From the NCBI GenBank assembly GCA_013265495.1, contig MU061814.1:5521684-5585683 (forward strand): DNA of 64,000 nt, in the 5' to 3' direction. This DNA comes from Vicugna vicugna. Taxonomy: Eukaryota. Shown piece after piece: positions 1 through 12,390 of this stretch (the stretch's first letter is position 1; each line of letters starts with the position of its first letter). Under the pieces are notes generated by a model. It was not told the DNA's origin, did not search any database, and saw only the letters and a list, made by a program, of their open reading frames with translations. Made by a program: the position numbers and the translations under genes.

Positions 1-496
1 GCTGAGCGACCAGGAGCTTCCACAGGGCGCCCAAAAGCCTCTACTCCGGACCTCAGCAAAACCAACGCCCAGAAAACACCCTTCCAATGCCAAAACAGTC
101 TTGAGGTCCCATCTGGACCACGTGCTTCTCAACTGCAGAAATCCAAGGAGAAACAAGAGCTCCCAAACCTGTCCACAGAAGGCAGGAGCCCAAGAAAGCT
201 GCCCTTTCTGATGGTACGGAGGAATGCAAAATCCTGGGAGCTGGTCAGACAGACAGAAGTTCCTCTTGTTCCAACGGAAAGTAAAAGCACTTAGAGAGTA
301 AACATAAGGTTTTAAAGTTAAAAACGCAAAAACAAAATTTTGAGAGTGTGTTTTTAAAAAGGAACATGTGGTTACCAATTGAAAAGGATGCCTCATTTTC
401 ACTCAACGCTTCTACCTCCCAAATTGACATCTGATCAGAATAGCCAGGCTCAGCAAAAAAAAAAAAAAAAAAAAAAAAACCCACACCCCACCCCGC

Positions 497-585
497 NNNN
501 NNNNNNNNNNNNNNNNNNNNNNNNNNNNNNNNNNNNNNNNNNNNNNNNNNNNNNNNNNNNNNNNNNNNNNNNNNNNNNNNNNNNN
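497..585. other. Assembly gap (89 N) between poly(A) runs
   Basis: N run seen directly, flanked by long A tracts (about 455-479 and 586-609). Confidence 0.99.
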
Positions 586-1649
586 AAAAAAAAAAAAAAA
601 AAAAAAAAATCCTCAAAGCACACACAGTCACACAGCTACACAGTACGGGCTCTTTGTTTATGTGTGAGCACATCTGTCTGTACCTGCGTCTACAGCAACA
701 TACGTGTCAGGTCCCCACCAGCCAGGCCTGAAGGGAACCACCACCTCAACAGGAAGTGGTTGCGAACAGCGCACTGACTGGGCCCGGGACGGCCAGGCAG
801 GTCTGCTGCCTGTGCTCCCCCGGCCGGCCCCCACACTACCCCACTTTATGTCGCAATATGTCGCAACTTCTGCGGGAGTTGAAAGATCAAGACAAACATC
901 ATTCTTGCTTTTACCCATCCGAAGAAACCTGTGACACACCAGCGCGTCCTGACTTTGCGGTAGAGCCTAGAAAGGCAAGGGGGGCGGGGGAGGGAGACTG
1001 TCTCCAACCCCACTGCACGGGCTTCGCAGGCCAAGACTCATGGCATCTGAATATACGCGGCAGAACTAAATAGTAATAAAAGTCTCCCTACTCCCTTTAA
1101 CATCTTCACGCAGAATTTCAAGACAGACTATTGTGAAAAACTAAGGCTATGGAAATTGGCTTTTTGGAGTTTATTGCCTACTCGTGGTAATGATTCTGAG
1201 CAGTTTATACATTAACCCCAAGAATCAGGTTTGATTTTGCCAAAACTCCCCTTGAAAGCAGGGCTCCAATGGGTATGGGTTTGATTTTATGCTTTTGGGG
1301 TTTGAAAGATAGAAACACCACCCCAAATACTGTGGCTCTGTGAAACACGGCTGGTAGCCTGCTTGTTGAGCAGTCCAGGATTTGTTTAAAAGAAGCACTG
1401 TGTATTTTATTCTCAAAATGCGTTCCCGTTTTAAAAAACTCTTTTATGCTCTTTTAAAACTAATAAGCCTTTAACATCTCTCTTTACAGAACTGCTAACT
1501 TGTGAATCACTATGTTGTTCACCAGAAACTCATATAATATTGTACCTCAAACTATACCTCAAATAAAAAATAAGAGAGAAAAACGTGCTCATCTGTCAAG
1601 ATGAAACTCCCCCTGGGCTTGGAGAACAGCAGAAGCTCTGGCCGTCTGG

Positions 1650-2720
1650 CTGCTCCCCCTGCCCCAGGCCCACCTCGTTCCCTTCCAGAAGCCAGTTCAC
1701 GACCCCACAGGCTGAAATCTTGTCAACCTGCTCACTGTTCCAGATGAAGAGCGACACATGCCCCAAACCCCTCGCTGTGCGCTGGGGTCTTCAGGGCTCG
1801 GGCCCAGGGTCCTCCTGCACTCGTGCTGTGCTCGCCTCTACCACCTTTCCACCTGCTCCCCTAACCTCCCCACTCAATGCCTCAAATGCACCTGGAAACC
1901 TGACATGCAAAAGGAGCTCTTGACTGCTGAACCTCCCCATCCATCCAGGCCTCCTCTAGCCATGGTCCCACCCTGTAAACCCAACTGCCCCCAGATATTC
2001 CCCTTGACACGCCCCCCTCTGCCTCAGCCACCAGCTCCTGTGCTTCAGTGCTGCCTGTAATCATCCCAGCCGCTGACTCCTCCCACGGCGGCCGCTAGCC
2101 CAGTCACAGCCTGGTCCCCTCTGTCAGGCACCTCGCCCCTCTGGGCTCACCGCCCTATGATGGCCAGACACTGACCAAGTTCACCAGGTGCCCCGCCTGC
2201 TGGCCCCAACACTGCTGATCACATCTGCTAGAAACTGCCCCGGGGCTTCCCCGGTGGATCCCCTCAGTGGATTCTGGACCTGGTCCACTTCTCCTCTCAA
2301 CGGACTTTCTTTGAGTGCTCATCAACCCTCACAAGGTGTTACCACAAAACCTTCACTCCCAGCCTCACCTTTCCCACCAGCTTTAGACAGTCCCACAGGT
2401 GCCTCAAACTCCAAGAGGCCGACCTGAACTCTTCCCCGTTCCTCTCCCTCCTCTCCCTCCTCATCCTCATGGTTCTTCTGCCATTGGTGCCACCACTGCG
2501 ACCTCGCCAACCAGGCTGCACCATTGAGCTCATCTTCCACTTCTTTCTCTTCTGTTGCCCTACAAACTGTCAGCCCACCAAGGGTTCCCCCTTCGTCCAT
2601 TTCTGCTGAAACTGCTTCTAGTCAAGTCCCCATCACCACTCAGTCATCTACTCCTCCATCTTCTCAACAAGTGTCTGTGGAACTCCTGCCATGTCCCAGA
2701 TCTCCACGTCTGGGGTGAGC
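1650..2720 (+). mobile_element. Decayed LINE-2 (L2) fragments
   Basis: tcccacaggtgcctcaaactccaagaggccgacctgaactcttcccc (about 2390-2437) resembles the L2 consensus; a similar segment lies near 1880-1930. Boundaries approximate. Confidence 0.6.
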
Positions 2721-4285
2721 TGTGCCACACTGTTCGGCATCAGGGACATAACGGGCTGCGAAAGGGCAGTTTACGGGACCACGTGAGCAAAAGGAGAGGC
2801 ACTACCTCCTGCTTCGTCAGGGAAGGTCTCCCCGCTCCTGGGAGTTAGCCCAGGCAGTGCTGCGAACCCAGAGGGGAGAGAATCTGAGACCTGGGTTGGA
2901 GAGAGAAAGGGTAGGAGCGATGAGGCTCTCAGCCGTGCTCACTTTGGGAGGGTGTCCTCCGACGGGTGTGAAGAGGGCAGGGACCGGGAGAGATCACCCT
3001 GCCTGCTGGGTGGGTTTCAGAAAGGAGCTGGCAGGACCCCTGGGAGGGGCAACTCAAGAAGCAGAGAGGACAGCCTCAACGTTTTCAGGGAGGAGCTGGG
3101 AACAAAACAGCAGCCAGTCTCCAGACAGGATTAAGGATGGGCAGGACCAGGTGACTAGCGGCTTTCTGGGGGAGAGGCCTCAACCTCCGACCCGCAGAGA
3201 AGGCACAGCCGCAGCCCCTTCAGACGCAAGCATTCTAGCGCCTTAGGGCACCGGAACTGTGCTTTCTGCTCGCTCGCCCTTGAAAAGAATTTTTAAAATC
3301 TGCACCTCCACGGGCACTATGAAGTTGGCATCTAAAGTTGTTTATGGGATTAAGTCCTTGAACAGGATGTTACAGACAAGTACCACACTGGCATCTGCAT
3401 TTTAAGTAGATTTGTGCCCAAACTTTGGACCTGCAGATTTAACTCACTCCACTAACGGAAAATGTCGGTAATCAGTCGTCATTGTCAAACCCATTTGCCG
3501 AGTTGCACTTAACTTTCTGCCGGAAGTCCACCACCACTTTCACGTTATTTAGTTCGCTTTTGAGCAATCACAGGAAGCCATCTAACCCCTGACTTCCAAT
3601 TCAGGAGGACGTCGGATTTCATCCGATAAAGGGCTCAATTTCCTGCCTGAAAAGCTCTAAAATCTTTTAACTCTACTCTCCAGTAGCAGGAAAACGAGAC
3701 CCTGCTCTGAGTCTGCATTCCACTCCAGCAAACGGACAATAAGAACCATGTGAAAGCACAAATGTGTATTTCTGCGCCTCTGCGGCCGCACGCAGCACCT
3801 CGGGGCCCCGCGCATAAGGCTGCAGCCCCTGCCCAACGCCGGCGCGGCTTAGGAACCACGGGCGGAAAGACCACCGGGCCCTGGGCCGCGGGGAGCTCGC
3901 GCGGGAAGGACCACCGGGCTCCCGGCGGGGGGCTCCCCGAGGGCAGGCCCGTCCCTGTTGAGTCATCTGACAGCGAGCGAAGGCGCGTTCTGCGACCCGG
4001 TCGCGTAGCCCCGGAGCCGCCCCAACGATCGGAACCGAGAGCTCCGGCCCGCCGCTCCCGGGCGGATCCTCCCAGGCTTTTGCGCGAAGGCAGGCGCTGG
4101 GTCGGGAGGGACCCCGCCTCGGGGCTGCGCGGAGCACCGGCGCCTGACCCCGCACGCGCCCCCTGCCCTCAGACTCACACAAACGACAGAAAGGACGCTG
4201 GGACCTCCGCCTCCGACTCAGTCCAGATGTCGCCGTCCTGGCGCGAAGTTCCCCCACAATGACGCCTCCACGGCAGCCATCTTAC

Positions 4286-4350
4286 CCAGAGGCGGACGAC
4301 GCCTTTTGACTCTCGCGCCAATCCGTAGAGCGAGGGCGCCGCGAGGGGAG
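4286..4350 (-). other. DIDO1: Probable non-coding first exon of DIDO1; positions 1-4285 would be its intron 1
   Basis: Minus-strand donor GG|GTAAGA (plus-strand cttac 4281-4285) inside a CpG island, divergent from GID8. Identity rests on the conserved DIDO1-GID8 head-to-head synteny; the 5' boundary is approximate; no DIDO1 CDS is in the window. Confidence 0.65.
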
Positions 4351-4469
4351 TTCTGCGCAAGGACGGAAGCTAGGGTTCCGCGCTTCCGGGCGGCCGCCGC
4401 GCCCCGCCCCCTCATGGGGGCACTTGATTGGCTGCCGGCTTGCGATCTCACGATCTCGCGGGAAGTGGC

Positions 4470-4668
4470 TGAGGGGGCGGCCGCCGGTGCGTCTGCCCTC
4501 CCGTTCCCCNNNNNNNNNNNNNNNNNNNNNNNNNNNNNNNNNNNNNNNNNNNNNNNNNNNNNNNNNNNNNNNNNNNNNNNNNNNNNNNNNNNNCCCTCCC
4601 CGCCCGGCCCGGCCCCCAGAGCGGCCGCGGAGACCCCAGACCCGAGCGCGGCAGGCGGGGTCCGCACG
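4470..4668 (+). other. GID8: GID8 non-coding exon 1 (5' UTR)
   Basis: Donor CG|GTAAGA at 4668/4669 within the CpG island; exon 2 begins with 12 nt of UTR. Start approximate. Confidence 0.7.
4510..4593. other. Assembly gap (84 N) in GID8 exon 1 / promoter
   Basis: N run in extremely GC-rich sequence. Confidence 0.99.
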
Positions 4669-5589
4669 GTAAGATGGCCGCGGCGGGCCCAGGCGGCCGG
4701 GCCGAGCGGCCCCGCGGGAGCGCGGCAGGCGGGGGCGGCGAGACGGAGGGCCCGCGGGGGGAGGGCTCGGGCAGGAGTCGGGACCGGGGAGGGGAGGGAG
4801 CGGGGAGGTGGTGGAGGCGAGCCAGAGACGGGGCCGGGCCGGGTCGCCGCGCCGCCGCCGGGTGCGCCGGGCCGGCCGGGCCCGCGCTGGGAGCCTTCCG
4901 GGGTCGAAGGTCCAAGTGGGTGTCAGAGTCGGGCCGCGTCCTCGGTGCAGGCGGCGCCCTCGAGTTTTGCAAGTCAAACTGCCCCCTTTCCTCCGGCAGG
5001 AGTAGACTCCTAACGTGGCGGTGCCCGGGCTGTGTAATTCGGTGTTTGCTCTTAACGGGAGCACGTTTCGAGTGAAGGCTGCAGTGTTCAGAGATGGTCG
5101 CCAGCTAGAACAGTGACAGTTACTGAAACACCGCACAGGTGTCTCTAGGAAGGGAGCTATTTTAATACAGAACCGCTTCAGAGCAGACTGAGCTGGTGAG
5201 GACGTACTTGCTGCTTGGCAAGCAAGTGTTCCTCGGCTTCAGAATTGGGACATTTAATTGTGTCTGTTGAGTATTTAACTGCTGAATCCTTCTTGCGCAG
5301 AACAACGGGCCAGTTCTCCGAAGCTGTTACTTTCAAATATCGCCCTGTTGCCTCAGAATAAGAGCTTGATCTGAGCGAGTTTAGCAGTTGGTCGTAGCTC
5401 TGAGAGAGGGTGTTTGTATGAGCGACACCTCTCGATTTTGTCTTGCCGCCAGTTTTTTTCTGCTACACCTCCGGTCTGCTGATCTCGGAGTTTGGCATCC
5501 GCCAAGTACCCAGGACTTTGTCCTGCACCGCTTTGCTTCCCTGCCCACACTCTCTCCCTGTGCGATCTTTGGCAGACTCTTGGCTTTCA

Positions 5590-5960
5590 GTATCATTTTG
5601 TGGCGGATATTTCCCTAATTAATGTTTCCAGTGCTGATCTGGGGACCTATAATCCAGGTGCCTGCTTGACTTCTCTGGCTGCGTGTCTAATAGCCCAGAC
5701 TTGCCCAGCTCCTCAAACCTGTTCCACTCCCAGCCCTTCCTCCTCACTTGTGGCTCCATCTTCCAAGGTCTCAAGCTTGAAACCTCCCATTGTCCTGGAG
5801 TCTTGTTCTTTTACCTTCCACACTGGGTCCAGCAGCAGGGCCCCTTCGCTCTCTGTCCACAGAACCTTGAGGGACTGTGCCTTCAGGCTCTTCTGCTGCT
5901 ACTGCTCTCTGGACTGGGCAGCTCTTTGATGGTCTTCCTGCTCAGCTGTCACCAACCACC
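5590..5960 (+). mobile_element. L2 fragment in GID8 intron 1
   Basis: tccaggtgcctgcttgacttctctggctgcgtgtctaatag resembles the L2 consensus. Confidence 0.65.
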
Positions 5961-5999
5961 CCGTGGTCATCCCATGTCCACTGGGAAACCAGAGCCATC

Positions 6000-7020
6000 T
6001 TTTAATTGCTTTTATTTATTGAAGCAGTTTAGCATGTACTTTGCTACGTATAAACTAATATCACGAATGTCTGTCAGTTACAGAAGGTAAAACTGAAGCG
6101 GACAGTGGTGGGCTCACCACCCATCTTGAGAGCCCAACGGGTGCTCCCAGGGCCCCTTTTTCCATGGTAACCACCTCCTGAGTTTCCTGTTTCATGCCCT
6201 TACTTAAAACAATAACAAAACAGTTTTGTTACGTATGTTATTCACTGCTAAGCAAATATTATAGACCTTGTCTTGGTTTTTGTTTTTTACAAAACTGTCC
6301 CACTTGGGCCTGTGCTGTGGTTTGCTTTATTCGTCCAGCTGGTTTCTGAGTCATCCGTACGGTTGTGTTCATTTATTTTAACTACTTTAGCAAATTCTGT
6401 GACGTGAACATGATCACAGTCATTTCCTAGCTACCCTAAAATCCAGATAACTCGGAAAACCAAGTTTTTGTTTTTGTTTTTATCCTATTTGTTGGCAAAA
6501 CCTAACCTGGCAAAGCCTGTTTAATGGCCTCTATTCCACTTGGTATGAATACTCTCATACATTTCACTGAAGAAATAATATTTGATTATGGGGTGCTGCC
6601 CCAGACTCCAGTGAGACTGTCATACAACACACGGTAAATTATGCCAGATAGTCTTTGTACGATCTGAACAGTTCTGAATTCTGAAACCGATCTGCCCAAG
6701 GGCTTTGGGCCAGGGATTGTGGTCCTGTGAACCACATTTCGTTTGTCCGTGCTGTTGATGAATGAACATGGTGGGGATGCCTCCGTATCTTTGCCATTTT
6801 GAACGCTGTTTCTGTGAGCAGGCTTATCTGTGTCTAGCACACTGTGGTGAGTCTTCAAGGGTCTCAATCTGGCAGTAGAACTGGCTGCAAGGAGCACACA
6901 TGTGCAGCTGCCAAATGCTTTTGCAGTGCAGTGTTTTCTGACAGCAGTGTAGGGGAGTTCAGGAGAATGCGATGTCCCTGTTAACACACGATTTTGTGAG
7001 TCTGGTGGGTGTGTGACTGT
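6000..7020 (-). mobile_element. Old L1M 3' fragments, antisense
   Basis: Segments such as ggtaaccacctcctgagtttcc and gccattttgaacgctgtttctgtgagca resemble antisense L1ME/MC 3' ends. Confidence 0.55.
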
Positions 7021-7059
7021 GGGATTCTTTTAGCACATACGTTACAGCATGAAATTCTG

Positions 7060-7370
7060 TAGCTTGTACCCCGTGGCTGTCCTTGGTCCTTAGAGAACCC
7101 ATCTAAGCTTCTCCGTCACCTGAAGGCCTTAATCTGACCCCAGCTGCCCTCCTGTCTCTGAGTCCCGTGGCTCTTCCTTGCGTTCATCCTGCCTCCTAAA
7201 CACCCCACCTTCCTTCTGGTCCCTGAACCTGTGTTTGAGTCTCAGACCCTTTGCACTTGCTGGTTCCCACATTTTAAGTATCTTCTCACTCATTCCCTTT
7301 TACTTCCTGCTATGTCGCTGTATTTTTTTCTGAAGTGATCACACTTGTCATAGCATTCCTCACCAATTCT
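7060..7370 (+). mobile_element. L2 3' fragment
   Basis: ctcagaccctttgcacttgctggttccc (about 7240-7268) matches the L2 3' end motif. Confidence 0.6.
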
Positions 7371-7401
7371 TAAAATATAATTTTTTTTCCTGTAGAAATA
7401 A

Positions 7402-7677
<276 letters not shown>

Positions 7678-8470
7678 TGAAAGAGGTATCTCTTCTGGAG
7701 GCGAGCTCATGATTCCAGGTATCCGAGACCTAAGGCATAATCCTGTTTCTTGGCCTTTGGCATTTTTACAGTTGATGAAGATAATTAAGAGTGCTCTGAA
7801 GTATGTGTAAGGCCTGGGTAATTGCTGTCTTCTGGCCAGCCCAGTAACTCTGGTCCTGGACTGTTCCTAAAGGGGTGCCCACCTCAGAAGAGGGGTGGGG
7901 CAGAAGCGTGTGGAAGGGAGCGCATGCTCTGCAGCTGACACGCAGCTCTCTTTGGTTCTAGAAAGGAAGAGGGTAACTCTGGGGTGAAAAAACCGTCTTG
8001 TTTCCAAAAGATGTGGCTCTTTTTCCTGCTAGTTCCCAGCGCCCCGACCCTCCGCCTCACATTAGTCTCTTTTAAGATTTTTTTTTGAAAGGTGGCGAGG
8101 AAATGGTGGCCTATAGCTGTGTGCACACGTGTCGGGGGGTGTATGTGTGTGCGAGGTTGCTGCTTTGATGTTGAGAGCTGTCAACTCGCTAAGAGTGGGC
8201 GTGGCCAGGTCCCCAGGCCCTCTACAGGGAGCCACAGCGCAAGTCCTCGCCTCGGGCAGGGGGAGTCAGAGTGTTTGAGTGGGTTGGGCGGTGATGACGT
8301 GCAGCCTTTCGAATGTCTGCACCTCAGGGGCATAGCTAGCAAGTCGCAGAGGCGTTAACATCACATCCCTGAAGAAGGGTAGCTCGTACCTGAGGTTACT
8401 CTCCAGGCCAGTGGGCTTTCAAGAGTGAAAAAGGCTTCGGGTCACGTCCTGCTGACTCTCCGAGCAATGA

Positions 8471-8698
<228 letters not shown>

Positions 8699-8926
8699 TG
8701 AGGGGTGTCTGGTTTGCAGACACTCAGTAATAAGTTAAGGTGATTTACGGTGATTCCCAAGGAACGAGGCTGATTTGCATTGATAGAATACTGTTTTGAT
8801 TTACGTGGGGAAGGGATTTGTGTTAGCTGTTGTCTTATGTATTTCAGAAGCTATTCCTCGCTTGAAAAATGCACATTTAATAGCTCAGAGATGCTAGGGA
8901 ACTCTGCCCCTTGGATGCCCTTCTGA

Positions 8927-9415
<489 letters not shown>

Positions 9416-9908
9416 TAATTGAGGCGCTTCGCCGATTTTCGTCTTTTATCTCAATCTTTCTCATATTTGAAGATGTTTAGAAACAGGCGTCTCATAGATT
9501 TTTAATTCAGGTCCCATATTTGCTTCCCAAATGTTTGCTCTCCTTATTGCTTCTCTGGGTTCCAGCCACGGGACAGCTGGTCACCTCCTGGCCACAGCCC
9601 CCTTCTCCGGTGGCCTCCGTGGTGTTGGAAGGGGTGCAGCCCTGGGGCCAACCTCAGGTGTTCTCTTGAGGCTGGTGAGGATGGAACCAGGACCACCCCC
9701 TGGGGTCTCCTCTCTGCTGGACTCTCATGCCAAGCTCCTGGCATGTAACCGCCACCTGGGCGAGACGTGACACCTGTTGACTGCACCGTGAGCGCCTCTG
9801 GGCAAGGAATGTGTTTCGCATCCTCCAGAGTGCATCATGGTCACGGGCTTCAATGTCTTTAAGTAAACAAGACACTTCTCGTGTGAAGACGGTCTCCTAG
9901 GGGAGTGA

Positions 9909-10160
<252 letters not shown>

Positions 10161-10800
10161 AGTCTGCAGCGAGCCCCGCACGGAGCTCGTCATGGCGCTG
10201 TCGGGGCCCAGGACCTTCTCGCAGCAGAGAACTCTTCCCCCCTCACTCCTCTCTGACTCAGCACCTTCTCTAAAGGGGAAACCGGCCCTTGGAAGCGCAG
10301 GAAAGTGCGTGGTGAAAGATGCTGTCTCCCTGGAAGGCTGGCGCCTGCCCTACGCCACGGGTGCGTGGGGCGCCTGGCTCCTACAGGGCTTTGCCGGCCC
10401 CCAGGGCCGGGCCGCTGGGGCAGGAGCAGCACCGCTGGGGGTCTTGCTTCCTGGGGGTGCGTAGGCAGACAGTGTGCTTTCTTCGTTCTCCCGAGTCTCA
10501 TCAGGCCTTCGTGTAGAGGTTTTTCCTTACCCGCTTGGTTTTTCATTTGTTTCTGTTTTTTCATAGGAAAGACTATAAATTTGTAAATCCTGATTCACAG
10601 ACTCCTTTTGTGTGAGGGTACTGGATTGATCTGTTCACCCTGTTGGTCTGGGATGCGTGGTGGCTTTTGGGGAAATGCGTGTGTGTGAGGAGCGGGCTGT
10701 GTGTTTTTAATTTTTTAAATACATATTTTGGTGCTGGATGTGGTGAGAGATTCTTTCCTCGTGGATCAATGAACCATCTCTTCTAGGCAGTTTTGTTGAA

Positions 10801-10806
10801 AATAAA
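10801..10806 (+). terminator. GID8 proximal polyadenylation signal
   Basis: AATAAA followed by U-rich tttctctttaatttc. Confidence 0.65.
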
Positions 10807-12384
10807 GGTTTCTCTTTAATTTCAAGAATGACCAAAATGGTCTCTAGAAAGTTTAATCATCTCCAACACACCTTTCGTTTGGGGGCTGGCATCCCCGCGG
10901 TGATGGCAGCAACGGCCTCTTGTACCTGTGGCTGGAGGCCACTTTGCCTGGTGGTGCACGTGGGCCTCCGAGGGGGCGGGCGGAGCACCCACGCAGTCGG
11001 TCCCAGGTGCCCTTCTCCCCAGCATCTCTGGCGGTGTCAGCCAGTCCTGGAGGCGTCCCCTGCCCGGTGCAGTCAGTGAGACGCGAGCGCAGACTCGTGT
11101 GTGGGGTTCGTTGCAGGTGCCGCTGGGCGCTGGTGCTAGAAGTCGGTCCTTAGGGAGCTGCTGGCCCCTGGGTGAGTCCCGTGGAGGGGAGTGATGGTGT
11201 CTCAGAGCGCGGGGCTCTTCTTGGGCCGGCTGGCTCCTGTGCGGCCTCTGGTGGGAGCTTCCGCTCCTGGTGGGGGACTTGGTTCTCCCTCGCCGATTCC
11301 TGGCACAGGCCCGGTGGGGAGAAAGGCCGCTAGCACCTGGGTTGGGAGGAGCCTGTTTGCCGAGATGACCCAGGTTGGGCAGGTTCACAGACAGGTCAGG
11401 GGTCCGCCTCTGGCCGCTGGGGCTGTCAGTCGCGCCCCTGCTAACCTTGAGTGTTTGTTGCTAAGTGTCTGGGCCACCAGCTGTTCTCTCCACTCAGCAG
11501 TCACTTTCTGCTTCTGCTCAGAGTGCGAGCTCAGTGTTTTCCGGGGGGGAGCGCCTTGGGCCGTGTTTTCTTCCCCAGGTGGTTCCTGTAATTCAGTCAC
11601 AGTAGAACCGCCGTGGCCCCTGTGGACCGTCCAGGCCCTCGACCGGCCCTTCTGACCCTGTGAGGGTGCGGGCCCTCTCCTTACCCCCGAAGTCATCCCC
11701 AGACGTGACCTCTCTTGAGAACCGTTTTCTCTGAGGTTTGGCGCTAAAAGTAAGGTAGCCAGGAGGGGGTTTTCGTCTTCAAGTAGTTAATACAGCAGAA
11801 GCTGCAAGGAAAGCACTAGGGAAGCGGAGCTAAAGCTGCGTTTCTTGAGAAGCACTGGGCAGTTCGGCATGTTCCTGATCACCGTCACTGTCAGGCCCCG
11901 TCAGGTCCCTTACGTGCGTGATTAGCACGAGACGGGGTGAGAGGAACGGGGGTCCCGAGCGCGGGTCGCCCGTAAAGTCGGGCGGCTGCGCGCGGTGCGC
12001 CACGGGCGTGGAGCGTTGCCGCGCGCTGGTGGAAGTGTCAGTGCTCTATTCACCAGCTCAACCGGTGAGTGGCTTAGACGAGCCAGCGCTGCGAGCCAGT
12101 GGGAACTGGGTGACAGTGCAACGCAGAGGATTCAGAGGTCCTCTTGGGTTCTTGACCTTCGTTTCCCCAAGGGCTGGAAGCCTCCGGAGGAGGCTTTGCC
12201 GGCTTCGCTGCTCCACCTCGTTGCAGCCGTGTTTCCAGCAGGCGAGCTGCAGTGGCTGTTAGGAGGTAGTGCCCGTTAAGTGTGTTGGTTTTTCTGTGTC
12301 GTCTCGTTTTTGTCTGTTACGATGCAGTGTCTTGCAGGGATAGTTGTTTCTTCTTTTTGCGCTTTCTTGTGAAAAGTGCCGTGA

Positions 12385-12390
12385 AATAAA
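12385..12390 (+). terminator. GID8 candidate distal polyadenylation signal
   Basis: AATAAA followed by GU-rich gttctggttctctgtgtt; a further ATTAAA lies at 13304-13309. Confidence 0.5.

Larger units (their letters stand above)
3780..5050. promoter_or_regulatory. CpG island, bidirectional DIDO1/GID8 promoter
   Basis: Very high CpG density; CCAAT boxes (gccaatc about 4318, gattgg 4426-4431); ETS/GABPA sites (cttccgg 4383-4389, gggaagt 4460-4466); GC box gccccgcccc 4401-4410; near-TCTCGCGAGA motif tctcgcggga 4454-4463; YY1-like sites at both first donors. Confidence 0.92.

Noticed and set aside
2322-2600. Minus-strand acidic ORF (EDEEGEEGEE) resembling a prothymosin-like retrocopy
   Set aside because: It is the antisense reading of a pyrimidine-rich L2 relic; no extended protein similarity, poly(A) tail or target-site duplication.
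3673-5136. Several 130-280 aa ORFs on both strands over the promoter
   Set aside because: Stop-poor CpG island; Arg/Pro/Gly/Ala low-complexity products; several run through Ns.
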